Source of the DNA: Candidatus Freyarchaeum deiterrae
GTDB lineage: Archaea; Asgardarchaeota; Jordiarchaeia; Jordiarchaeales; Jordiarchaeaceae
Length of the DNA stretch: 64,000 nucleotides
Direction: 5' to 3'
Assembly (NCBI GenBank): GCA_037305845.1
Contig: CP147778.1
Coordinates: forward strand, 1,216,001-1,280,000
Shown here: positions 41,069 through 50,495 of the stretch, piece by piece
Layout: each line of letters starts with the position of its first letter
How positions within the stretch are numbered: the stretch's first letter is position 1
Notes under the pieces: generated by a model
Told to the model about the DNA's origin: nothing
The model's database searches: none
Seen by the model: the letters and a program-made list of their open reading frames with translations, nothing else
Position numbers and translations under genes: made by a program

Positions 41069-42241
41069 TTAGCTAGATTTTTTATAAGCAGTTTGACTCA
41101 TCTTGATTCTCTTATTTATGGTATTTCCTTCGTTATCTTCGAAGACCAATTGGAAACTTTGAACATTTTTTTCACGTAATTCATAGTTTAATTCTACTTC
41201 TTTTCCTTCAGGCACCTTTTTGATTCCCAGCATGAAAGGAGCGGTTTCGAATAGTTCCTCTTTTATTCCCACTACTTTTATGGTGACTCCTTTGAGTTCT
41301 TGTTTTGCGTTATTAGTCACAGACATACTTAAGTTGTCTTTATCTTTTTGTTCTACTGAAACCTCTAATGATTGTGGTAATATCTTCCCTTTCAAGATAC
41401 CCTGAGCTTTTGATTCCTCAAACAATCCTTCTTCTTTGACTGGCGGTAATATTATGTTTATGGGTATCTGGAATTTAATACTTTCACCAGTAATCTTTGT
41501 ACATGTGATGTCAAGGTACCAGTAGGAGTAAGCTCCGAATGTTTGGGACCATTGAGTTCTTTCGGTGGGCTCCCACAAATAGTTGTAGCTATGCTCGGCG
41601 TACTGCGGTACCCTAATAGATAGATAGCCCTGTGTGGGGTTCTTTTCCTCAACGGTAGTTAAAGTCTCCGGAGGGTTCTTTTTAATATGAACACAAACGT
41701 TTGCGTATTTTGGGCAAGAACAATTAATGTTCGAGTCGTTAACCAGATCTACTGTTAATAGCTTTAGTCCCTCGGTTTTATAATTCAGTTTAATTACCTC
41801 ACCGGGTAGAACTGCATCCTTTTCGATGCTGAAGCCCATACCCTTTATAGTGATAGAAACAGGATTAGGTTCAAATTTTTGTTCCGATCTTATCTTTATT
41901 GGTTCTTCTGTGACAATTTTGAATGCTTCACCGTGTTTATCTGGGTGTCCCACTGATAGAGTTGCTCTGATAAGGTAGTGCACATTTTTTCGAATAAGTG
42001 TGGGGACAGCTCTTCTGCTTATGGTGAGTTCACGTTCTCGAAGGTAAGTTCCGTTTTCAAAAAGGCCTTCACAGAATATTTCACTTGTGGATAAGGGAAG
42101 TTCATTTCCACAAGGTAGGTTAGTGAGGAGTGTCACCCCACCCCACCAAACCTTTGTATCCTCTGCGAAGTCAAACTTTGCTATGGTCCTTATGTTGGAA
42201 CCAGCCGCTGCAGACTCTTTTGCGCGCACCTCTATTGACAT
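41069..42241 (-). CDS. Arrestin/Vps26-like beta-sandwich protein with extra C-terminal domain
   Basis: GTY...LTI....PT....VHYLIRATL (arrestin-N-like); IEKDAVLPGEVIKL...YWYLDI...FQIPINI (arrestin-C-like). Confidence 0.65.
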   Translation of the reverse strand: MSIEVRAKESAAAGSNIRTIAKFDFAEDTKVWWGGVTLLTNLPCGNELPLSTSEIFCEGLFENGTYLRERELTISRRAVPTLIRKNVHYLIRATLSVGHPDKHGEAFKIVTEEPIKIRSEQKFEPNPVSITIKGMGFSIEKDAVLPGEVIKLNYKTEGLKLLTVDLVNDSNINCSCPKYANVCVHIKKNPPETLTTVEEKNPTQGYLSIRVPQYAEHSYNYLWEPTERTQWSQTFGAYSYWYLDITCTKITGESIKFQIPINIILPPVKEEGLFEESKAQGILKGKILPQSLEVSVEQKDKDNLSMSVTNNAKQELKGVTIKVVGIKEELFETAPFMLGIKKVPEGKEVELNYELREKNVQSFQLVFEDNEGNTINKRIKMSQTAYKKSS

Positions 42242-42277
42242 TAATAACTACCCTAAAGATTGAATTATTAATATTTT

Positions 42278-43195
42278 TTATCCACCCTCGGAGTGGGCTC
42301 TAACTACAAGGTCAGCAAACATAGACATGTCAGATAGCAGTGAGTCGATTTTCTCCTGCGCGCTCTTGTCCAGCTCTTGAGTTTTCATTATTAGTACAGC
42401 TATTATGAATTTGAATACGTGTAAGGAAATCTCTTTATCTCCTTCTAATCCGTGCCCAGAAAATTCAGCGGATTCGGACATGAAGAAGTTTTCCCTAAGA
42501 TTATTACACGCGCTTATGAAATCTCTCAAGTCACCTCTCAGCTGCAATCCTGTGCTAATTCCCTGAACGTTGTGTACAATCACGTTACCCGAAGTATCGC
42601 TGATGATAATTCTGGCAGGAATTTCACTCAACTGTTTCTGAGCAGTCTCAACATGCTTTTCCAGAGACTTGTAACTAGATACCATTATGTCACGAAAGAT
42701 TTCGGCGAGCCTTTCCTGCTCATAAATGGAGGTAACATGATAAACAGGATTCCATTCGGCGAACAAATCTAGGAATACGCCCTTAGCCATTTCGAGATTG
42801 GTATCAAGAAGTTCTTTCTCGTAGTCTTGTATGTCATACTTGTGGAAGAAAATATGTACTGCTGGTTTAATCTTATTCTTCTTAAAGAGGTTCATTATAT
42901 CGGTAAAGTATTTCTTTGCCTCATCGAAACTCTCAGGCTCATGAAGATCTATAATGGGAATTAGAATATCAGTTCCTGAAAATACCTTTGGATCATTCAT
43001 GTAAGATTCTCGGTACTGTTCCTGACCTCCGAAATCAAATATCGAAACTTCCAAACCTAGGAAGGGGTGTCTTCTTATCTCATACATTATAGTCGGCGCT
43101 GCACCTTTGGTTTGTTCTGGTTTTCTGCCAGCAAATGTAGCCATGTATATGCTTGTTTTCCCACATCCTGATAAACCAACTAATGAGATTTTCAA
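42278..43195 (-). CDS. Rag/Gtr-like small GTPase with C-terminal roadblock-like domain
   Basis: G1 GLSGCGKTS, G2 PTI, G3 DFGGQ, Rag-type G4 HKYD and G5 TSIY; C-terminal IIISDTSGNVIV; TTG start downstream of GGAGGT. Confidence 0.85.
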   Translation of the reverse strand: MKISLVGLSGCGKTSIYMATFAGRKPEQTKGAAPTIMYEIRRHPFLGLEVSIFDFGGQEQYRESYMNDPKVFSGTDILIPIIDLHEPESFDEAKKYFTDIMNLFKKNKIKPAVHIFFHKYDIQDYEKELLDTNLEMAKGVFLDLFAEWNPVYHVTSIYEQERLAEIFRDIMVSSYKSLEKHVETAQKQLSEIPARIIISDTSGNVIVHNVQGISTGLQLRGDLRDFISACNNLRENFFMSESAEFSGHGLEGDKEISLHVFKFIIAVLIMKTQELDKSAQEKIDSLLSDMSMFADLVVRAHSEGG

Positions 43196-43240
43196 TGCTT
43201 CTACCTCCGCACACATTAGATTCAAATTCATATTTAACGT

Positions 43241-44743
43241 TTATTCTTCCGATTTTTTACCTTCAATTTCTTTTACACTAAGCTTTTGCGACAGAATAGT
43301 TCCCTGCCTGTCAGAAATAACTAACAGGTATTCCTTATCATCCTTAGCCCTTGGATAAGTAAATTCGAGCTCTTCAAACGGATACCATGTTTCAATATCC
43401 GTTTCCCAAGCGTTGGTCTCAAATAAATCTTCCAAGTGAGTAATCCTCACTTTCACATTACTTATCGTCTTTCCCGAATTATTCGCTAAAGTTAATTGAA
43501 GCATAGTATTGCCATCGACAAACTGAGCCTCTGAAACCTTTAGCAGCTTTTTAAGAGCACGCTCAACTACATTTTCCTTTTCTGGAGGCGTATCCTCAGC
43601 TAAAGGTATAGCTCCCTTTCGTTCCACAGGTTCTGGAACCCCTGCTGTTGTTTGAACATACTTCAGAACATAGGTGTGACGCCGTTTCTCAGTATACATT
43701 TGTACCTTTTTTAACCTCGCAAGGTTCAGAACCTTTTGAAGACCTTCCCTGTCTAAAGGCTTTAGAGTCAAGTAGCCGTTTTCCACAGCGTCCTCCAGAA
43801 GCTCATTAGCCACGCCTGTCCGAACTAGTATCGTTGAGTACCCCTCAGAAGAGCCCACGCTACCAACTGATATATCCGCCATTTCTGAAGTAAGATCTCG
43901 ACAGTAGTGACAACTCGTCGAACGAAACTTATCAAGCTCCTTAACAGGCCAACCACTAGTCTTATCAGAATCATAAAATATGTTAAACTTCCCAGAAGCG
44001 ATACTCATCTTATGAATAGAACTCAGAGGAATCCCCTGTTCTCCCTCAAAAAAGTCCTTAATCCCCTCATAAGTGAAGGAGTCCATACAAAACAGCCCAA
44101 CTTTAAGAATCTTAGACTTCATGAACAATTGAAGCAAGCCAAAGGGTTGGGACTGCATCTTAGCAACAGCATCAATATTACAAGGAGTACCGACAAATGC
44201 TATGGAACGATATCCCTTGTTTATCGCATCTACCATGGCTTCAACCGTCTGACTGTGAGAATAAACACTACCCGAAGACTTTAGAAGCTCCTCAGAACTG
44301 GTAACAATCCTCGCAACAGGCTTCCAAGGCTCCTCCTCACTCTTCATAGTAACAATCGCCGCATCTATTAAACCTTTATCCAGAGCGTACGACAAAAGAG
44401 AAGTAACAACACCACCATCTTGACCCTTCACCTTATCCAAAGCAGACTTGCCAACAAAAGCCGCAACATAGTCACCAACCAAAGACTTAATCGAAGTAAT
44501 CGTACGAGGGCAGTGTCTGTAGCATATGCCACAAGCCGTGCATTTTCCGACTAGCTTTGGCGTCTCATCCTCCATTACGAGGGCATGTTCCGGGCAAATG
44601 CTGATGCAGGTTCCGCAGCATGTGCAAACGCCGCTTCTTATTACTTCTTGGCTTAAGCGTCCGAAGTTTTCGAGTTTTTTTACTTTTAAAAGCCTTTCAG
44701 GAAATGTGTAGCTTATGTACCCTTTTTCCTCCTCATTTATCAT
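43241..44743 (-). CDS. FrhB-family F420-binding oxidoreductase with ferredoxin domain and C-terminal non-enzymatic domain
   Basis: CTCCGTCISICP, CTACGICYRHCP, QDGGVVTSLL, GTPCN, GLFCMDSF, CHYCRD..SEMADISVGSVG; ~100-aa extra C-terminal domain. Confidence 0.88.
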   Translation of the reverse strand: MINEEEKGYISYTFPERLLKVKKLENFGRLSQEVIRSGVCTCCGTCISICPEHALVMEDETPKLVGKCTACGICYRHCPRTITSIKSLVGDYVAAFVGKSALDKVKGQDGGVVTSLLSYALDKGLIDAAIVTMKSEEEPWKPVARIVTSSEELLKSSGSVYSHSQTVEAMVDAINKGYRSIAFVGTPCNIDAVAKMQSQPFGLLQLFMKSKILKVGLFCMDSFTYEGIKDFFEGEQGIPLSSIHKMSIASGKFNIFYDSDKTSGWPVKELDKFRSTSCHYCRDLTSEMADISVGSVGSSEGYSTILVRTGVANELLEDAVENGYLTLKPLDREGLQKVLNLARLKKVQMYTEKRRHTYVLKYVQTTAGVPEPVERKGAIPLAEDTPPEKENVVERALKKLLKVSEAQFVDGNTMLQLTLANNSGKTISNVKVRITHLEDLFETNAWETDIETWYPFEELEFTYPRAKDDKEYLLVISDRQGTILSQKLSVKEIEGKKSEE

Positions 44744-45057
44744 ATTTTTCTCTCTCCTTTCACTAGTTTTCTCCGCTTTTTTCAAACGTAAATCCAGTCT
44801 TGCGATAACAATCTGTTGAGATTTGAGTATAGTTTTAATTCATTCCCACTATAGTTTGAATTGTATTATCGTCCAGTATATAAATTTTTTAGAAGACCCT
44901 TAGATTTACGTCGAAGAAGTTTGTAAATTTCAATATTACACATTTTTTCGTACTTAATACCTTTTCGATTGCCCAAAAAGGCTTAAAAAATGGTTTGTTT
45001 AGGGCGGAATTCGTCTATTTTTAGAACAAATTCATGTTTTAGAATGGAATTAGAAGG

Positions 45058-47079
45058 CTACTGTTCTTTAGATGGCCAAATAAAAACAGCCACAACCGCG
45101 CAGATGAGGAAAGGAGTTAATAAAAGCATAGTTCCCAGAGAAAAGAGGGAATTCTCCGTAGGAATCATTGTTATAGCCAAGATTATGGGAGTTACGGCTG
45201 GTGTTTGAACGCTTACGCTTTGGGCGTCTGAGAAGGTTTGATAGCCCTGTGAATCTGTTGCGCTGGCATAGAATACCATACTATTATTATTGAAGTAGGA
45301 GGAATCAATAACGAAGCTATAAGAGCCGTTAAGCAGGGGTATCGAATCAACGATTACTTTGTGATAATCGGTTACGACGAGTTCTAAGCTAATTACCCCT
45401 TGAGGATTACTGCAACATACATTGATGGTGAATTGATCTCCGGGGTTAATTTTACTGGGAGCATTTATGATGAAAGTTGTAGGTTGGTCTGTTGTCGTGC
45501 CCACGGTCAGAACAGTTGTGTTATACAGAAAATTGGGCTTTGTCACTATAATGCTATAATTCCCAGTCTGGGGTGCAGGGATTCTTATATTACCATTCGA
45601 GTCGGTAAGGTATGTGTGGTAATAACCCGTTCCCTGAATGCTAACCAAAGCTCCATTTACTGGGCTTCCCCCGTTACTCTGAATACTGATTTGCATTAAC
45701 TTTCCGGGGATTGGTGTAGATTCGGATATAATGCTCATATTTTGGGGGGTGCTGGTCCAGATTGGAAGTTCTGGGTCTCCCAGGAGATTGTAATCTAGGA
45801 ACTCTTGTCGGTACTCATAGTTTTGAGCCAGATTTGTTAAACCAACATCCTGATAGTATTGATACTTGCTCTGGTACAATGTATATCCTGGACGCTGGGA
45901 AAATAAGCCGTCGTTAGTTTTGAGAAGTGTTCCAAAGAATAACGCGTCTAAAAGAGAATCCGACAGGTCATTAATGTTATCCCCGCCAAAGCTTGTTCTC
46001 GCGGCCCCAATGTACGATACCGCTCCACCATTTGGATTTTTTAGCATGGCGCTTCCTATACTGTTCCCTGCATCCAGCTGTGCAGTTTCACAAGCTGAAG
46101 CAAAAACCATAGGCAATTCATAACCATTACTTGAACTCGCAGCATCCGTAGATGTATAGTAACTAGTGCCATATTCATCCCTTGAAACTGCTGTGGCTGA
46201 ACCGTGGGAGCAGAAGTTAACTATCGCGCTCCCATCATTTATTGCAGTAATAAAGTTGGCCTCAGTTAAATTATTATAATAATAAGGTGGATTATTGTCC
46301 CAAAATAGACTAGTAAAGGTCATGTTTAGTTCGGGAGGGATGACATAGTCACGGATATAACTTTCGATTCTCCACCCCTGGATATCACTACTTATTTCTC
46401 CTCCCGCAAAAACTGCTGTTTGCATCCAGTTCCCTGTGATATTTCCTAGGTCCTCTTCGTAGGTGAGCGTCTTGTTTATCATGGTTCCAAGTTCATTCGT
46501 GTTTGAGGCGGGCAGTCTTCCAACATATAGTTCCGGAATCCAATCCATACTACCGAACGCCCCATAGTTCCCGTCTCCATTATTGTCAAAGGTTCCATTC
46601 AAAGCCGCATAGTAATAATCGCTGGGAATAAGACCGTCTGGCGATCCGATATTGAAATATCTTGTTGGGATTAAAGTTGTATCTCCTGCTAATAGAACCC
46701 ATTGAATATTCCAATGGTTATATGCGTCTATCAGAAAGTTACGTATTTTTTCGGGTAGGTCTCTTCCAGTGTAGTTGTTGTTGATATAGGTTGTGTTAAA
46801 TATGGCGGTAGGTATGCCTTTCTGGGTTTTCCATTCCGCGAACTGTAAGAGATTAGTGTTGTTATCCCAGCCCGGCGGAGTTATTATTACGTATTGTGTG
46901 GTGTTTGTTTTCAGAATGATTGGCGTGGGAATGTTTTGTATTTGCTTATTTTGTTGATTTTGTGAAGTAGCCAGCGGAACCCAAGAATTAGGAGTAGGAA
47001 GGAATAGCAGGGGAACTGCTATAGTTATCAGAACTAATATGAAAGCTAGTTTTACGTAGGAAAATTTCAAGCCAATCAC
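45058..47079 (-). CDS. Membrane-anchored gingipain-like cysteine peptidase (family C25)
   Basis: Signal/TM N-terminus, WVLLAGD, SDYYYA, VGRLP, catalytic SHG and SAC, NLLGDPELP, Ig-like tail, C-terminal TM. Confidence 0.88.
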   Translation of the reverse strand: MIGLKFSYVKLAFILVLITIAVPLLFLPTPNSWVPLATSQNQQNKQIQNIPTPIILKTNTTQYVIITPPGWDNNTNLLQFAEWKTQKGIPTAIFNTTYINNNYTGRDLPEKIRNFLIDAYNHWNIQWVLLAGDTTLIPTRYFNIGSPDGLIPSDYYYAALNGTFDNNGDGNYGAFGSMDWIPELYVGRLPASNTNELGTMINKTLTYEEDLGNITGNWMQTAVFAGGEISSDIQGWRIESYIRDYVIPPELNMTFTSLFWDNNPPYYYNNLTEANFITAINDGSAIVNFCSHGSATAVSRDEYGTSYYTSTDAASSSNGYELPMVFASACETAQLDAGNSIGSAMLKNPNGGAVSYIGAARTSFGGDNINDLSDSLLDALFFGTLLKTNDGLFSQRPGYTLYQSKYQYYQDVGLTNLAQNYEYRQEFLDYNLLGDPELPIWTSTPQNMSIISESTPIPGKLMQISIQSNGGSPVNGALVSIQGTGYYHTYLTDSNGNIRIPAPQTGNYSIIVTKPNFLYNTTVLTVGTTTDQPTTFIINAPSKINPGDQFTINVCCSNPQGVISLELVVTDYHKVIVDSIPLLNGSYSFVIDSSYFNNNSMVFYASATDSQGYQTFSDAQSVSVQTPAVTPIILAITMIPTENSLFSLGTMLLLTPFLICAVVAVFIWPSKEQ

Positions 47080-47207
47080 TCTTGTTTTTATAAAAAAAAC
47101 AACGCATCAGGGGTAATTTAATTTTGTGTTGTAAGCATTTGATGAATTTTCATGAAGTTTTACGAGATTATTATGTTTTTGGTTTTTTGATAATTTTTGG
47201 TGGCTTT

Positions 47208-48257
47208 TTATTTCATTTCTTTTATTGAGATTCTTTTTACTAGTAGTTTTTGGGCTCCTTCTTCGATTTTTAGAATGTATTCGCCGTCATTGTCAACGCG
47301 AGGGTACTGGAAAACTAGTTCTTCGTAGGGGAACCAGATTTCGACCATTGTGTCCCAGGAGTATGTTTCGAAGAATTCTTCGATATGTGCTATGGATATT
47401 TTAATGCTATCTAAGCTTTTTTCGGAGTTGTTTTTGACAGTTATTTTCAGTTTTTTCTTGTTGTCAGCGAATTCAACACCTACCAGTTCTACGGGGCTTT
47501 CAGGAATGTGTTCAACGGCTCTCGTCTCTATTGCGCTTTTTCCGGATAATTCAACAGACCTTGCCTGTGGGCCGGTGACGCCGTACATATTGTTAAGAAG
47601 GAAGTATACTAGATTTTTCTGTTTCTCTACATCACTCTGTAGAGCATCCATTAATTCGGTGGATATTACGGGTATGGAAATGTCACATAGGTTTGAGAGA
47701 GTGTTTTCTACTTCTTCCCCGTCTTTGATATTTTTATGGTCTTCTTCGTTTTTTATGGGTTTGGTGCAGGCTAGGTCTTTCTCTATGAGTAAGTAGAGTT
47801 TGTCCTTCACATTTTCTTTGATTTTTTTGAGCAAAACGCTGAGTAGCATATCTCCTAATGGTTTGGCTACGCCAACTGGTACACTAACTATGAGGACGAA
47901 GACCTCTTCTGTTTCTGGGGACATGCCCGCTCTTTGTTTTTCTCTAGCTGATTTCGCCTTGAACTTTGTGGCGGCGTACACCTTCCCCCCAAATTCTAGG
48001 TCAACTCGATTCAGTCCCTCTTCTTTGAAGTCCTCTGCGCCAAGCCACCACACAGGATGCTTTTGGATTATCCTCAGTGTTTCTGTGTCATTCTTCAGGT
48101 TCTCTGGGCATGTAAACAAAGCGAGGTGCCCTTTGGCCTCATGGAAGTAGCATAGGTAAATTCCTATCAAACCCTCAAAAGTGTTGGTAGGAGGCTCTTC
48201 CCTCTTGCGCTCTAGTTCAAGGTCGTCGATTTCATTACTATTCGGATTTTTAGACAT
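47208..48257 (-). CDS. Longin/uDENN-like protein with C-terminal beta-rich domain
   Basis: GIYLCYFHEAKGHLALFTCP matches the uDENN/NPRL2/FLCN-type first hairpin; C-terminal domain shared with 43241-44743. Confidence 0.65.
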   Translation of the reverse strand: MSKNPNSNEIDDLELERKREEPPTNTFEGLIGIYLCYFHEAKGHLALFTCPENLKNDTETLRIIQKHPVWWLGAEDFKEEGLNRVDLEFGGKVYAATKFKAKSAREKQRAGMSPETEEVFVLIVSVPVGVAKPLGDMLLSVLLKKIKENVKDKLYLLIEKDLACTKPIKNEEDHKNIKDGEEVENTLSNLCDISIPVISTELMDALQSDVEKQKNLVYFLLNNMYGVTGPQARSVELSGKSAIETRAVEHIPESPVELVGVEFADNKKKLKITVKNNSEKSLDSIKISIAHIEEFFETYSWDTMVEIWFPYEELVFQYPRVDNDGEYILKIEEGAQKLLVKRISIKEMK

Positions 48258-48368
48258 TTTAATGCACCAGAGGTAAATAGTGAATTAATGATAGCGGATT
48301 CATTTCTTGTATTATACGCTTCCCCATTTCTTAATTCTCGAGTTATGGAGTTTAGATTGTTTTTTATT

Positions 48369-48836
48369 TTAGGTGTCTGTTTCGGGGGTTTGTTTTTCCG
48401 TTGAATCCTTTGGTTGTAACTCGATTTCGTAATATCTTGTGTATTTCTTAAATTTGTCGACCCATCTTTTACTGATGACTCCTATGATTTTGCCTTCATT
48501 GTCTACCACTCCAACACGCTTCACCTTTGTTTTTTCAAATAGAGTTCTTAACTCCTCAATCGAAGCGTTGGGGCCCACTGTTATAATGTCCTTAACCATT
48601 ACATCTCCTGCTTTATAACGCCTAGGATCTTTTTCTTTAGCCACCAGTCGGAATACAATGCCGTCCGTGATTAAGCCGACAACCCTTTCTTCATCATCTT
48701 TTACGAATACCGAGCTGATCCAGTTATCCACCATCAGCTGCGCCACTTTGGGAAGGGAGTCGGAAACATGGCAGGTTACCACTTCACGGCTCATGGCATT
48801 GACTATTGAAAACTTGTCTTTATCATCAGTCGACAA
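48369..48836 (-). CDS. CBS-pair protein
   Basis: AMSREVVT, VVGLITDG, DVMVKDIITV, GKIIGVIS. Confidence 0.9.
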   Translation of the reverse strand: MSTDDKDKFSIVNAMSREVVTCHVSDSLPKVAQLMVDNWISSVFVKDDEERVVGLITDGIVFRLVAKEKDPRRYKAGDVMVKDIITVGPNASIEELRTLFEKTKVKRVGVVDNEGKIIGVISKRWVDKFKKYTRYYEIELQPKDSTEKQTPETDT

Positions 48837-49071
48837 TCTAAGACCACCAAGACCTTTGTGAATACATGAATACAACTATAAATTTAGCTTTTTATACCTT
48901 TTTAAGGCGACAGCATAAACTACTCTGTGCCTCGCACATGTTTTTGCAAATAGGGGGAATATAAATGTTTATCAATTCGTATTCTTCCTTTAGGTTGAAA
49001 AATTGAGGATAGAGTTAAAATCTGATTAGGTTTGTTAAATTAATTAAAATCCTGTTTTGGAGGGCGAAGTA

Positions 49072-50451
49072 ATGGTATTTAAACACCAGTACATACCAGC
49101 AACCGAAGATGACAAAAAGACAATGTTAGATGAGCTTGGAATCAAAAGTGTGGATGAGTTATACAGGGATATTCCGCATAAAATAAGGTTGAATAAGCGA
49201 CTTGATCTCCCTGAACCACTTGTAGAAGTTGATTTGAAGCGAAGTATTGAAAGTTTAGTGAACAGGAATGTTACTCATAAGGATATTCCTGTTTTTCTGG
49301 GTTCGGGTGTATGGCTCCATTATGTACCAGCGGTTGTGAAGACGCTTACGTTTCTTCCCGAGTTTCAAACTTCTTACACTCCTTATCAGTCGGAGGTGTC
49401 TCAGGGGATTCTTCAGGCACTCTTTGAGTATCAGAGCATGATATGCGAGATAACGGGTATGGACATAGCGAATGCTTCAATGTACGATTGGGCGTCTGCA
49501 CTCGGTGAGGCTGCACTGATGGCGGGAAGAGTGACAAAGAGGGAGGAGTTTCTAGTTCCGAGAATAATCCATCCTGAAAGAAAAGCCGCTCTCGAAACAT
49601 ACACCTATAAAATAATGAATGTTAGAGAGGTTCCCTATGTAAGCGAGACTGGAGTTATCGATATCAACGCCTTGGAAAGCATGGTTTCTAAAAAAACTGC
49701 GGGAATATACATAGAGAACCCCAATTATCTCGGAGTAATAGAGTTTGAAGTTGCCGAAATAGGCAGAATAGCTCGTGAAAACGACACACTGTTCGTTGTG
49801 GGGGTCGATCCAACATCTTTGGGTGTTCTAGCTCCTCCGGGAGAGTATGGAGCGGACATTGTGATAGGCGAGGGACAACCGCTTGGTATTGATCCGTCTT
49901 TTGGGGGGCCCCTAATCGGCTTATTCGCGTGCCGAGAGGACAAGACGTTGATGAGGAATATGCCAGGGAGGCTTATCGGTATGACCGAGGATGCGGAGGG
50001 AAATCGCTGTTATACAATAACGCTGCAAACCAGAGAGCAGCACATCCGTAGGGAAAGAGCTACGAGTAACATTTGCTCCAATGAGGCACTCTGTGCGGTT
50101 CAGGTGGCAATATATCTTGCTTGTGTAGGCCCTTGTGGATTGACTCAGCTGGGGGAAACTTGTATGGCAAATTCGAGATACGTAATGCGAAGGATAAATG
50201 AAATCGATGGATTTAAAGCGCCCCTTTTTGATTCAACTCATTTTAAGGAGTTCACAGTTAGCTCTCAGAAACCCGTTGATGAGGTTCATAAAAAGCTGTT
50301 GGAAATGGGAGTCCACGGGGGTAAAATTATTAAAGGTGAATTTCCGGAGCTCGGTGAAACAAGTCTATACTGCGTAACAGAGATTCACACCGTTGAAGAG
50401 ATGGACAAATTAGTTGAAGCGCTGACAGAAATTTCTCGCAACCCGGGATAG
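49072..50451 (+). CDS. gcvPA: Glycine dehydrogenase subunit 1
   Basis: YTPYQSEVSQG.LQALFEYQ, NASMYD, FGGP, LQTREQHIRRERATSNICSN. Confidence 0.96.
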   Translation: MVFKHQYIPATEDDKKTMLDELGIKSVDELYRDIPHKIRLNKRLDLPEPLVEVDLKRSIESLVNRNVTHKDIPVFLGSGVWLHYVPAVVKTLTFLPEFQTSYTPYQSEVSQGILQALFEYQSMICEITGMDIANASMYDWASALGEAALMAGRVTKREEFLVPRIIHPERKAALETYTYKIMNVREVPYVSETGVIDINALESMVSKKTAGIYIENPNYLGVIEFEVAEIGRIARENDTLFVVGVDPTSLGVLAPPGEYGADIVIGEGQPLGIDPSFGGPLIGLFACREDKTLMRNMPGRLIGMTEDAEGNRCYTITLQTREQHIRRERATSNICSNEALCAVQVAIYLACVGPCGLTQLGETCMANSRYVMRRINEIDGFKAPLFDSTHFKEFTVSSQKPVDEVHKKLLEMGVHGGKIIKGEFPELGETSLYCVTEIHTVEEMDKLVEALTEISRNPG

Positions 50452-50495
50452 GCAGCTAAAATTAGTAACTGCCAAAAGTTAGAGGAGATTAAAAA

